From Cyanophora paradoxa CCMP329 (taxonomy: Eukaryota > Plantae > Glaucophyta), in the NCBI GenBank assembly GCA_004431415.1, contig QPMI01000059.1, positions 1 to 64,000 of the forward strand: DNA of 64,000 nt, given 5' to 3'. The notes beneath the pieces are model-generated. The model ran no database searches. It had not been told where the DNA came from and worked only from the letters and a program-made list of their open reading frames with translations. The translations under genes were made by a program, and so were the position numbers. How positions within the stretch are numbered: position 1 is the first letter of the stretch; each line of letters begins with the position of its first letter. Below, in pieces: positions 36,901 to 48,900 of this stretch.

Positions 36901-39900
36901 CGATTCGGTCCGCGCTACACGTCTACCCCGCGGCGCAATTGCAATTGCAATCCTCCTTTCGCTCGTACATATGAGGACCGCAGAAGGCGTCTCGTTCTCG
37001 GTCCCAGCGAATGGCGCCTTCTTCGGCGGCGACGATCGCGAACGAAGGCACGTCCTCCGCCCCATCTCAGGCGAGATCAGGGTGCGTACCCGGCCCCGGC
37101 CCCGCCCCCAGCTCCGTACCCCCGAGCGGCCCTTCCCCCCTTTCCAACTTGGTAACCATCAAGCTTCGACCCAGCCGGGCACGATGACCTGCGTCCTGGG
37201 CTCCGCCTTCTCGGGAAAGGTGCTTGCTCCCTGTACCCCCCCCCGGCCCTTAGGAAAGAAACCGGTCCCAGAGAGCCGAGAGGCTGCGCTGCAACTGGTC
37301 GAGAATCCTTAGAAAGCCCGACCCTTTAGAAAGCTGGCCGAGAACCGAACTGAGTGACTTTAAGGCTGTACATGTGCTGCAGACCGCGCTGCTTCGGGTG
37401 CTGGCGGACCGGCTAGCGCTGGTCGAGAACCCTTAGTTAGATTTAGAAAGCCCGACCCGTAGAAGGAAGAGAGGACAGAAAGCTCCCTGCTCCCTGCCCT
37501 CAGGGCCTCCCGGCCCTTAGGAAACCGGTCCCAAAGATCTAGAGCCGACCATGCTGCTGCGCGCGCTGGCGCGTGCTTAGGAGAGCCGAGGCGCGTGCTT
37601 AGGAAACTGGTGTCCGCCCGCAGACCGCGCTGCTTCGGGTGCTCGCGGACCAGTGCGGGGAACTGAGGAGGGCCGGCCACGTCGCCGGCCACGTCGCCCT
37701 GGACGGCAGGCCGTGCGCCCGCTTCATTCACCACCTCCTAGACTTCCTCTTGGCTTCCTTTCGTTTAAGCTTCCTCTTAAGCTTCCGCTCAAGATGGCAG
37801 GCCGTCCTCTTAAGCTTCCGCTCAAGACGGCTTAACATTAACATTAAGCTTCCTTATTAGTAAATGTCCAGGGCGCATTGGAACCTTAAGCCTCCTTTTT
37901 AGTAAATGAAAGGCCGGCCACGTCCCCCGTCGACGGCAGGCCGTCCGCGCCCTTTCATTCACTTCCTCTTAGACTTCCTTTCTTTTGAATGCAACTCTAT
38001 CTGATCTGATCTGATCTAATCCATATATTATACTTGTGTATCCAGCCCGTCCTTTCCTTGTTATATATATCCAATCATTAAGCTTCCACTTCACTCAAGC
38101 CTCCTTTCTTATTATATCCAAATACGTTTCTAATCCAAATACGTGTCCAGGCCGTCGGACGGGGGCGTCTTCGCGCGGCGGGTCGTCTTCGTCGCGCAAG
38201 AGGACTCCGACCACTACGGTACCCCCTCTTCGTTTTTCCTTCTCATACCCTCTACTTTCTTTTCGAATTCGCGCTCGCCCGCGATGACCCGCGATCTCCC
38301 GCCCGCCCGCCCCGCAGCTATGCTGACGGGTGCGCATGCGTATGCGCGGTGCGATCGAATCGAAATCGGTGTACGTGTTAAACGCGCCGGCGCCGCAGTG
38401 GAGGAGACGCTGCGCTTTGCGGCGCGGGTGAAGGCGCTTGCGGGGTCCGAGCGCGGCGACGGCGAAGGCGAAGGCGGCGGGGGCGATCGCGAGGGCGCCG
38501 GTGGCGCTGCGGCCGCGACCGACGCCGCCGCTCGCGTCCAGTCCGCCGCGCGGGTACCCCCCTTCCCTCCCCTTCCCCTCTCTCTTGCCCCCCCCCTTCC
38601 CTCTACTTCCCTTCTCAGACTCACGCCGTGCGCACGAAAACAAAAAGGCTCTGGGGCTCCTGCACGTGATGCGCAGCCGAGTGGGGAACCAGGCCGCGCG
38701 GGGCATCTCCGGCGGTGCGCGCGCGTTCGGGATCGACGGCTTCGGCTTCGGGATCGACGGGCCGTCGATCCCGACGCCGTCGATCCCGACTCGGCGATCC
38801 GGCCGACTGACTGATGGCGGGCCGCGCGCGTGCGCAGGCGAGAAGCGGCGCCTGACAGTCGCCGTGGCCCTCGTCGGGGTGCGTGCCAAGAAAGACGTGC
38901 ACATAATTATAAGAACTGTTATTGTTTGGAAGGGGCTTTATATGTAGAAGAGAAGATAGCAACTGAAATGAACAACGCGCCCTTATTATAAGGAGCCTCG
39001 GAGGCGATAAAAGCCGCGCTAGCGCTCGCTCGCCGGCGTGCGCGCTGCAGTGCCCGCCCGCCCGCCCTCGCGCCCGCGACCGCAGCCGCGGCCGCCGCCC
39101 CTGATTCGGCTGCGCGAGCGCAGGGCGGCAAGTCGGTCGTGCTGCTCGACCAGCCCACCGACGGTACGTTCACGATCGCGATATCGATGGCGGGCTCGGG
39201 ATCGACGTGTACGCTTAAAGCTAAGCTGAAGATAAGCTGATCGGGGCCATAAACTGAAGGCGTAAGCTTGAAGGCCATAAGCTTTATATATATATATAGT
39301 TAATTATAAGCGCTAAAGCTCGACCGGCGCGCTCTGCTCGGGATCGACGGGCCGTCGATCCCGACGGGGCTTTCGGGATCGACGGGCCGTCGATCCCGAC
39401 GGGGCTTTCGGGATCGACGGGCCGTCGATCCCGACGGGGCTTTCGGGATCGACGGGCCGTCGATCCCGACGGGGCTTTCGGGATCGACGGGCCGTCGATC
39501 CCGACGTCGACGCGGCTTTGTAAATCTGTGCGCAGGGCTGGACGCGCCGGCCTCTCTGGACCTCGTGCGCTGCCTGCGCGGCATGGCCGCCTCGGGCCTC
39601 TCCGTCGTCTGCTCCCTCCTGCAGCCGTCCTGGCGCGCGCGCCCGCCCGTCGATCCCGACGCCGTCGATCCCGAAAGATCCGTCGGGATCGACGGCCCGT
39701 CGATATCGATCCCGACTGATTTCCGTGCGATTTCCGCAGGGAGCTGTACGACCAGTTCGACCGGGCGATCGTGCTGGCGGCCGGGCGCTGCGTCTACCAG
39801 GGACCCGGCCGCGACGAGGCACCGCGCGCCCTCGAGGCCCTGGGGTACAAGAACGAGGATTCCCTCTCCCCCCCGGACTTCCTCGTCGCGGCTCGCCCCC

Positions 39901-42900
39901 CCCCTACCGCCCTGTCCCCTCACACCCTTCCACTCTCTAACAGGCCGCGGGCAGGCGGCGTCGCAGGCGGCGGAGTCGCCCCGCGCCGGCACCCGCGCAC
40001 CGGCCCCGGCGAGCCGCGAAATGCTTTCCGATGGGGGAGCGAGCAGCAGCGGCCGCGGCAGCGGCACTGGCGGCGCCGCTGCAGAGGTGCGACCTCGAAT
40101 TCCTTTTTCGGGATCGACGGCCTTGTCGGGATCGACGGCCCGTCGATCCCGACGTCGCCGAGTCGCTGAGGCGGTCCTGTACATGTCCCGCAGCGGTTTC
40201 TGTCTGGAGCCTACGCCAGGAACGCCGCCGCTCAGGCGCGCCGCCCCGCGCCGCCCCGCCCGCGCCGCCCCGCCCCGCCCGCCCCGCACCGCCCCGTCCT
40301 GCCCCGTTCTGCCGCCCCCCGAATTCAAACCAAGCGCCAGCGTGGCCGCACGGAGCTCTCATTTTCTTTGTGTAGAAAAGTTGCTAGTTCTTGCTGAACG
40401 CCCCTGACGAGAAAAGCTCTAGTTACTAGACGAGAAGTTACCTTCTTACTCGCTAAGCTGTTCTTGATGTTCTTGATGACCACTCTTAAAGCTTGACTAG
40501 TACTATAAAATTCTTTCTCAGTTGACGTTGTCATCGTACTCTGTGTCCTTTCGACTTCATATGACTTCGTTCGCAGTTCGCGCTGCTGTACGCGCGCTTC
40601 TCGCTCCTCGTCCTCCGCAACCGGCGACCCCTCCGGTCCCGCCTCATCCAGGTACCCCCGGTTACCGTTCGATCTATTTATAGTTCTTCTTTCGGCGCCG
40701 TTGCCCTTGTTACTCGCGATCGCGATCGATTTCACTGCCCTTTACGTTCTACACTTCACATTTCCCCGTGTACCCCCCCGACGGCCCGCGTCGTCTTCGA
40801 TTCGCAGGTTACGGTCATGGGCACCATCCTGGGCACGCTGCACTTCCAGCTCCCGGAGAGCGTCGAGGGCGTCCGCGCCCGCGTCGCCTACCTCCAGGTG
40901 GGAATATTCATAAGCTTAAGAGAAGGCTTTATATAGGAAGAAAGGGTCTATATATATATATATATATAGGGTCTCAGGGACGTATAAGGGTTTATATATA
41001 AAGTTCTAGACCCCTGCGGGTAGGAAAAGAATGATTTCTTTGAGCTTGCATGAGGCTCTAGGGGAGAGGATTATTACAAGGGCCGCCGCTCTGCCCTAGG
41101 AACCCGCGTTGCGTACCTCCTGGCCGCCTGGCCGTCAAGCCGTTCTGACGGCTTGACGGCTAAGAGTCTAAGGACCTTACAAGGGTTTATATAAGGGTCT
41201 AGACCCTGGCGGGTAGCTGGAGGAAGAGCCTCGGAGCCCCGCCCCGCCCCGCCCCGATCCGACAGGCTCTGACGGCTTGACGGCTCGCAGTCGGTCCTCC
41301 TTATGGCCGCGTTCATTGCGCTGTCAAAGGCGCGTCGGCCGTCCCTACGCCTCCGCTCGCTCGCGCCGCCTTAGCCGCCTCTCTCCGCCTTGGGTGTGGA
41401 GATAAACTACGAGCACCGCCTCCGTCTCCGCGCCTCCGTCTCGTCGGGATCGGGGGCCGCCCCTCTGACCCGAAAAAAGCTTAGCTTTAGGCTTTAAGCT
41501 TTAAGACTCGACCGGCGCGCTCTGCTTACAGCTGAGCTTAAACCGATGGCCTTAAACCTTAGCTTAGCTTTAAGACTCGAGCGCGCGGGCGCCCGTTCGC
41601 CCTCGACAGCTCTCACCCTAAGCTCTAAGGCCTCTGTTCGGGATCGACGGCCCGTCGATCCCGACGCCTTCGATCCCGACGGGGGCTGCTCTTCTGACCC
41701 GCGGCCGCCCCCCCGCCTCAGGTGGAGATGAACTACGAGCACCGGCGGGTGATGCACCGGCAGACGGAGGAGCGCATGTACCGTCCCGCCATCGTGCGCC
41801 GGCGCCCTGGCCCGCCCATAAAAAACTTAAAGCTTAAGCTTAAGCTAGCTTTCAATCTTTATTGAGGTCGTCCGCCCGCCCCCGCCGCCCGCCCGCGCCG
41901 CCCGCCCGCGTGCCCGCGCCGTCAGCGGCCAGCCGCCGACTGCAGCTGACGGCGGGCCCCGGGGCAGTGGGTGGCGGCCTACGTCGCATCCGAGCTCCCC
42001 CGCATCTTCATCGAGGTCCGCCCCCGTCCGCTTTGATTTCCCGCCGGGCCGCTCCGAGGCTCGGTGGCCGGTCACGGCCGCGGCCGCGGCCGCGCGCCAG
42101 ATGCTGCATCTGCGCTCTAACAATCTTCTTTTAGCGATCTTCTGCTCTTCTCCAGCGATGGTCTCTGTGTGTACCTGATGTCGTCTCGTTGCGCAGATGC
42201 TGATCTTCTCCGTGTCGGTATACTTCTGGGCCGGGCTGCAAACGGGCGGCGGGGCCTACCGCTTCGGCCGCTTCCTCCTCGTCGTGTTCCAGGCCCGCCC
42301 CCCGCGCCCTCTCCTATTCTAGATGTTTCTCTTTCTCTTTCTTTTATATATATATACCTTTTCATCATCTTGATTCGCACTTGATTCGTACTCGTCGTGT
42401 ACCAGGCCCGCCCCCGCCCTGCCCCCTTTCCTCTCCTTCTTCTTCTGTCTCTTATTCCTTGATTTGCTTGATTCGCACTTCGTTCTGATTGTTTCTTCGT
42501 CCGCCCTGCGCATCCGCTTCCGCAGCTCGCCGTGATTTCGGACGCGACCGTCTTGTGCGTCGCGACTTCTAAGCGAGGGGCCGGGGGCAGTCCGGCGCTA
42601 GCAACGCTAGTTCTGCGACATCGGGCTCGGCAAGCTCGAGCTTGAGCTTGAGCGCGGCTCCGGATCGGGCGCCGCGCCGATCATGTGACTGACCTGACCT
42701 GGCCCGCCCTCCGCCCTCCGCGCAGCACCATGAGCCAGCTCATCCCGACGAAGGAAGTGCGATCGAAGCTCCGGCGCCGACGCCGGCGCCGGCGCCGGCC
42801 CACATGTACAGATCCCACGGATCCCTCTAATCGTGATCGCGATCGCGCGTTCGCAGGTCTGCGCCACGCTGGCCCCTATTCTACCCGCCATATTCTTCAT

Positions 42901-45900
42901 TTTCGGCGGTTCGCGCGCATTTCACAGACTTGCGATGCCTTGCTTTATATATCCGCTCGCGCGCCCACGCCCACTGGGCCACGCCGGCTTTAAATTTCCT
43001 CCGCGCAGGGCTGCTGGTGCCTCGGTCCGACCTGCCACCCTGGTGGCGTTGGGCGCCGTACGCCTCCTACTTCTCCTACGCCCACGAGGCCCTCTGCATA
43101 AACGGTACCCCCTCGCCCTCTTCCCCCCCCCACGCCCCGCTTGGCCGCCCGCTGAGGACGGGTTCGGGCAGAACTGTGGGACTTCGAAATCCCGGGCGCG
43201 CCTCCTCCTCTCGATCCTGGGCCGGGACCCGGCCCGGGCCCGGGCCCGGGCCCGGGGGGCCGCCCTGCGCCCGGGTTCCCGCCCCAAGAGCCCCCGAATT
43301 TCCAGGGCCCGGCCGTACCCCCCAGCTTCGGAGCGCGTACCCTCGAGGGCTTCGGCATGCACGCCACCGAGGACTGGTAAGGCCCCCTCCCGTACCCCCC
43401 ACCCCACCTCGGAAGAACGTAGGGATCTCGGCCCCTCCACCCCCCCCCCCCGCCCCCCACCTCTCCCCCCTTACCCTCCCCCCCCGCCTCCCCACCCCAC
43501 CCACCCACCTCCTCCCCCCGGCCGGAAAGAACGTGGCTGCTGGGGCGTTGTGCTCCCCTTCCCCCCTCCCCTCCCACCCCCCCTCTCCCCTAGGCCTTCC
43601 CCCTCTACCACGCCCCCCCCTCCCTTCGCCCTGCAAAAACCCTCCTTCCGACGCCTCTACCCCCCTTCGTCCTCCTAGGTACTGGAAGAACGTGGCGATC
43701 TCGGTCTGCTACTGGGTCGTCACGCTTACCTTCGCCGCCCTCGCGGCGTCCTTTGTTCGCCCGAGGCGGGCATTCCCGCGCATGCTTAAGCTTCGAATTC
43801 CTGCCCCGTCTTCCCTCGACGGCGCCCGCCGCCGCTCTGTATCCGCCTCCGTCGGCCCCGTCGTCGGCGCCGGTGTCGGCGTAGGCGGCGCCGGGGCGGC
43901 GAAGGGGGGAACATTAGCCGTGAAGAGGCCCCCGACCTCCCGGTCGGGGTCGCGCTCGCGTCTGGGCGTCGCGGGGCCCCTCCCGGCCCTCACCTTCACC
44001 GGCGTCAGCTACGAGATCGACGGCCCCCGCCAGGGTGCGCGGTTCTTATTTATAACTAGTTTGTTAACTAGTTGACTATTCAACTAGTTAACTGGCTAGT
44101 TACTCGCTAGTGAACTAGTTAGTTAGTTCCCGGCTGGCCGGTCGGATCGAGCGTTGCGTCACGCAGGGGCGGCGCGGCGGCGGCTGCTGGCGGGAGTGAC
44201 GGGCTTCGTGCGTGGCGGCTCCCTCACAGCCCTCATGGGCTCTTCCGGGGCCGGCAAGACGTGCGCTTCCCCCTACCCCCGCCCCCCCCCCCCCCCCCCT
44301 TTTTAGAAGCAGCTTAGAGACGCTTGTCCCCCCCCCCCCCCCCCCTTCCCCGCCCCCTTTAGAAGCCGCTTAGAAACGCTTGAAAGCCGTTGCACATGTA
44401 AAGCTCTTCATATATATGCCGGTGCCGTCCGATCCAGGCCCAGGCCCAGTCAGCCCCCCGTGCTAGCGCTCTTAGAGGTCAAACCGTCAAACAGAAAAGC
44501 ATGATGCCAACCGTTCCGCACTTCCGCAGGACACTGCTGGACGCGCTGGCTGGGCGGAAGACGGTGGGGTCCCTGACCGGGGAGATCCGTCTCAACGGGC
44601 GGCCCGTCGATCCCCGTACCCTCCCCCGCGTCTCCTCCTACGTCGAGCAGGCCCGTACCCCCCCCCCCCCCCCGCCCCCCCCCCCCTCTCAACCTCTGAC
44701 GCCGACGCCCGCTCCGCAGTTCGACCTGCTGTACCCCTCCATGGTGCGTTCTTCGACCTCCCCCCCCCCCTCCCCCCCTCCCCGACTCCCACCCCGCCCG
44801 CCCCGCCTGGATCGAGCCGGGGCGGCCGGGGCGGCCCGCGCAGACGGTGCGGGAGGCGGTGGTGATGTCGGCGCTGACGCGGCTAGACGCCGGCCTCCCC
44901 CGCGCCGCCAAGCTCGAGGCGGTGCGCTTTGAATTAGATCCCTAGATTCTAGATTCCTCTAGATTAAATAGATTCCTCTAGGTTCCTAGATTCGATTGCC
45001 TCTAGGTTCTTAGATAGGTTCCTCGAGCTCTAGGTCCCTGCCTTCTTGAACGATCTAGATTAGATTCCTCTAGATTCCTTGCTTAAGCTTCCTTCCTGGC
45101 GGCGCGCACCTCGTTTCTCCTCCTACTCTTCGCTCTCTTACCTTGTTTGTTTGCTTCCCCTACCTAGGCGGAGGCGGCGCTGGCGGAGCTGGAGCTGGCC
45201 CCCTTCGGGGAGCTCGTCATCGGCACCCTCGAGGGCGGCGGCATCCCCGTCGAGGTGCGCCCTCGCCGAGTCGCCGAGTCGCCTGAACGTTGTGAAACGT
45301 GACTATAGCTGCGAGCATTATAATAACAGTGGCTATGTCCTTTGTATGGATCAGACATTCGGTAATGATCACACATCTGCAGCTGGGCCTCTAGATCTCC
45401 ATGGGATTCTGAGGGCCTCTATAGATCTAGATCTGTATGGGCGATCAAATCAAAGGAAACACTGCGGCATCCCTTCTCTTCGCTTCCCCTCCTCCCTCTG
45501 AGTCTCTTTTTCCTTCAGATGCGGAAGCGGACGTGCATCGCCATGGAACTCGTACCCCGCCCGCCCCTCCTGTTCCTGGACGAGGTGCGGTCGCACTGGA
45601 CCGGGCCGGGGCCCTCTAGATCTCTCCCGCAAAGCTCAACTGCAAGCTTAAGCGCCCTTGCCTTTTAAATAGAAGCCTCTTAATTGATTTGTCGGCCGGT
45701 TGGCCGGCTCGACTCAGAGCTAAATATAACGCGCCCGCAGCCGACGACGGGGCTCGACTCGTCGGCAGCGCTCCGCATCGGGCGGGTGCGCATGCGCGCG
45801 CGGCCGCGTCCTGGCGGGGGCGGGGCGGGGCGGGGCGGGACCTGGGGCAGAGCGGGGCGGGGCGCGCGCCCCCTCCCCCTCCGCCCCAACGCCCCCCCCC

Positions 45901-48900
45901 CCCCCCCCCCCCCCTTCCCCTCCTCCTTCCCCTCCCATCCCCCGGGCCCCACCCGTCCTGCCTGCGAAACCGACGTGCCTGCTGCGGCTGACGCGCCTGC
46001 GCGCGCAGCTGCTGCGTCGGATCGCGTCGGGCGGGCGCGCGGTGGTCGCCACCGTCCACCAGCCCTCCCAGGCACGCCCGCCTCCCCGCCCGCCCGCCCT
46101 CCTTTCCCCGTACCCCTCGCCTCCGCCTTGCTCGCAATGAGCCGTCGTGCGCAGCCGCTCTTCTTCCTGTTCGACTACCTGATCCTCCTGGGCTCCGGCG
46201 GCCTCCCCGTCTTCTGCGGTGCGTACCCCCCCCCCCCCCCCCCCGCCAGCCTCCCCGCTCCGCCTACGCTAACAAATTCGATCTGTTTGTAGGGGAGCTG
46301 GGGGAGCGCTCCTCCTCGGTGCTCTCCTTCTTCGCGTCGCTGGGCTACGCGATGCCGCCCCTCCGCAACCCCGCCGACTTCATCATCGAGGCGCGTGCAT
46401 ATATTCTGTTAGTTTGAGCGTGCCCCAAGCTTAAACGCGGCGGCTCTCAACATCTAGATCAGCTCTCAGAGTTTTTGAGCGGCGGCGGATCTAGATAGCT
46501 TAAGGTTGAGCGCCGGCTCTTTACTAAGTAAGATCGTTCTAAGTCTGTCGTCGTTTCAGAGTCTGACCGGGTCGGAGCCGCGCCTGCGCAGGTGGCGGGC
46601 GGGCGCGTGCGGAAGGGATCGCGATCGGGGGCGGCCGGGGCGGACGGGGCGGACTCCGCGGGCGGGCGGGGGCGCCGGCCGCGGCCGTGGATCGCGAGGG
46701 GGCGCCGCCGGCGCCGGCGCCGGCCGCGAAAAACCTGCGCGCCGCGACGGAGGTCGCGGCCGCGTTCCGCGTGCGTTTTCCCTATAAGATTTCTATAAGA
46801 TTTCTACAAAGTTTCTAATAGAAAGGCTTTTATAGCTATAAGGTTTCTATAGGGTTTCTATAGGGTCTCTGTGAGGCGGCCGAGGTCGCGGCCGCGTTCC
46901 GCGTGCGTTTTGGTCTAGAAATTCTCTATAAGATTTCCTACAAAGTCTCCACAAGGTTTAAGGTTCCTATAAGGTTTCTGTAAGGCGGCGGAGGCCGTCG
47001 CCCCTCCGCCCCCGGCCCGTCCCGCCGCGCCCTCGGCCTTTACCGACCGGACGGCCGACCGGACGGCCGGCGCCAGGCGCCTTTACCGACTTGAGGGTTT
47101 CTAATAGGTTTCTATAAGGGTTCTTCTATAAGGTGTATATAAGGTCGCCGCCGTGTTCCGCGTGCGCTTTGGACTAGAACGTTTCTGTAAGGTTCTATAA
47201 GCTTAAGGTTTTTATAAGGTTCCTATAAGGTTTCTATGAGGCGGCGGAGCCTCAAGAGGTCGCGGCCCCTCCGTCCTCGGCCCGGCCCGCCGCGCCCTCG
47301 GCCTTTAATTTACCGACCGGACGGCCGGCGCCGGCCGCGCAGGCGAGCCCGCTGGCCGAGGCCGCCGCGTTCCGCTTGCATTTTAATCTAGAGCGTTTCT
47401 GTAGGGTTCTTATAAGGTTCTTATAAGGTTTCTATATGAGCGTTCTTATATGGTTTCTATAGCGTTCTTATATGGTTTCTAAGGCGGCCGCGCAGGCGAG
47501 CCCGCTGGCCGAGGCGGTGGCGAAGACGATCCGCGAGCTGGACGTGTCCCGTGCGCCCCGTCCCGCCCCCGCCCCTATAGCGTTTCTGTCACTTCTATAA
47601 GGCCTAGGTCTATAAGGTTCTATATCTATACGGTTCGGTTCACTGTGGCCGGCCGCTCACGATCCCGATCACGCTTCACAGTACTAGTGCTGGCGGGCGA
47701 GGCGCTTATATAGACGTTTTCTAATATAAATTAAAGTTTCTATAACGTCTGTAAGGTCTATAAGATTTCTAAAAGGTTTCTATCTATAAGGTGCTCACGC
47801 TCAGAGGCTTCGCTCGCAGTGCTGGCGGCGGAGGCGCCGCGGCCGCCCCGGCGGCTGGGCCTCCTTCGGGAGACGCTCCTCCTCGCCGACCGGCGCCGCC
47901 GCTGGCTCTGGCGCATGCGCGCCGCCCCCCTCGCCCGCCTCCTCAGGCGCGCGCCCTCCCCTCTAATTTTCCCGCCCCCGCCCCCGCCATGCCCCGGCCC
48001 GTCGACGTCGCCGCGCCTGAGACGCTAGCGCTGGGGCCGGCCCTCTCCCCGCCCCGCCCCACTCCCGCCCTGCCCTGTCGCTGCGCCTGAGACGCTATCG
48101 CTGGGGCCGGCCCTCTCCCCGCCCCGCCCCACTCCCGCCCTGCCCTGTCCTGAGACGCTAGCTAGCCCGGCCCGCTAGCAACCGCGCCCGCCCCTTCGCC
48201 TCGCCTGATTATGAGACGCCGCTTGCAATCGTGTGCAGCACCGTCGGCATGGCCCTCGTCGCCGGAACGACCTGGTGCGCCCCTTCCAAATATTTTGAGC
48301 ATGTCCTGCCGCCGTCCGCAACGTCGATGGGCGGTCGCGGCCGTCGGCTGAGCTTTATATAATTAATTTACAATCTGGGCTGTTTCCCTTTCGATTATAA
48401 ATGGACCTTAGCACCCGCAATCCGTCTGCTTTATATTTGCTTACGTATTATGAGTTTAACGCGGGCGGGGCAACCAGGTACGGGCTGGGGCTCTCTCAGC
48501 CCCAAGCCCGCCTCCGCCTCTCGGTCGTCTACGTCCTCACCCTCTTCGGCCACATGCGGTCCGCCCTCTCGCCCGCCCGCCTCGCCCCGCCCGCTATAAA
48601 TACTACTAGCTGTACTATAGAGGGCTCCTAGCTATAGCTATAAATATATACTATATCTCGCTCTTTGTGCATATGCGGTCGGCTCGCCCTCCCCGCCCCG
48701 CCCCGCCCGCCCCGCCCCGCCCGCCCCGCCCCGCCCCGCCCGCCCTGGCTGAGCAGGGGCCGGGCCGCAGCGGCATTGCCGACATTTCGAGCTACTTTTC
48801 CCTTCGCGAGGTCCGACCCGCTCGAGCTCGCCCCCTTTCCTCAATTGAAGGCTCCCCCCCCCCCCCCCCCCCCCCCCCCAGGTGTACTACCGGGAAAGGG

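Noticed and set aside
39338-39504. CRISPR-like array of palindromic repeats
   Set aside because: The spacers are identical and only 8 bp long, the array lies in a spliceosomal intron, and there are no cas genes.
48010-48160. ~70-bp intronic direct duplication (similar cases at 24342-24422 and 30995-31140)
   Set aside because: These are ordinary local tandem duplications, already covered by the intron-expansion findings.
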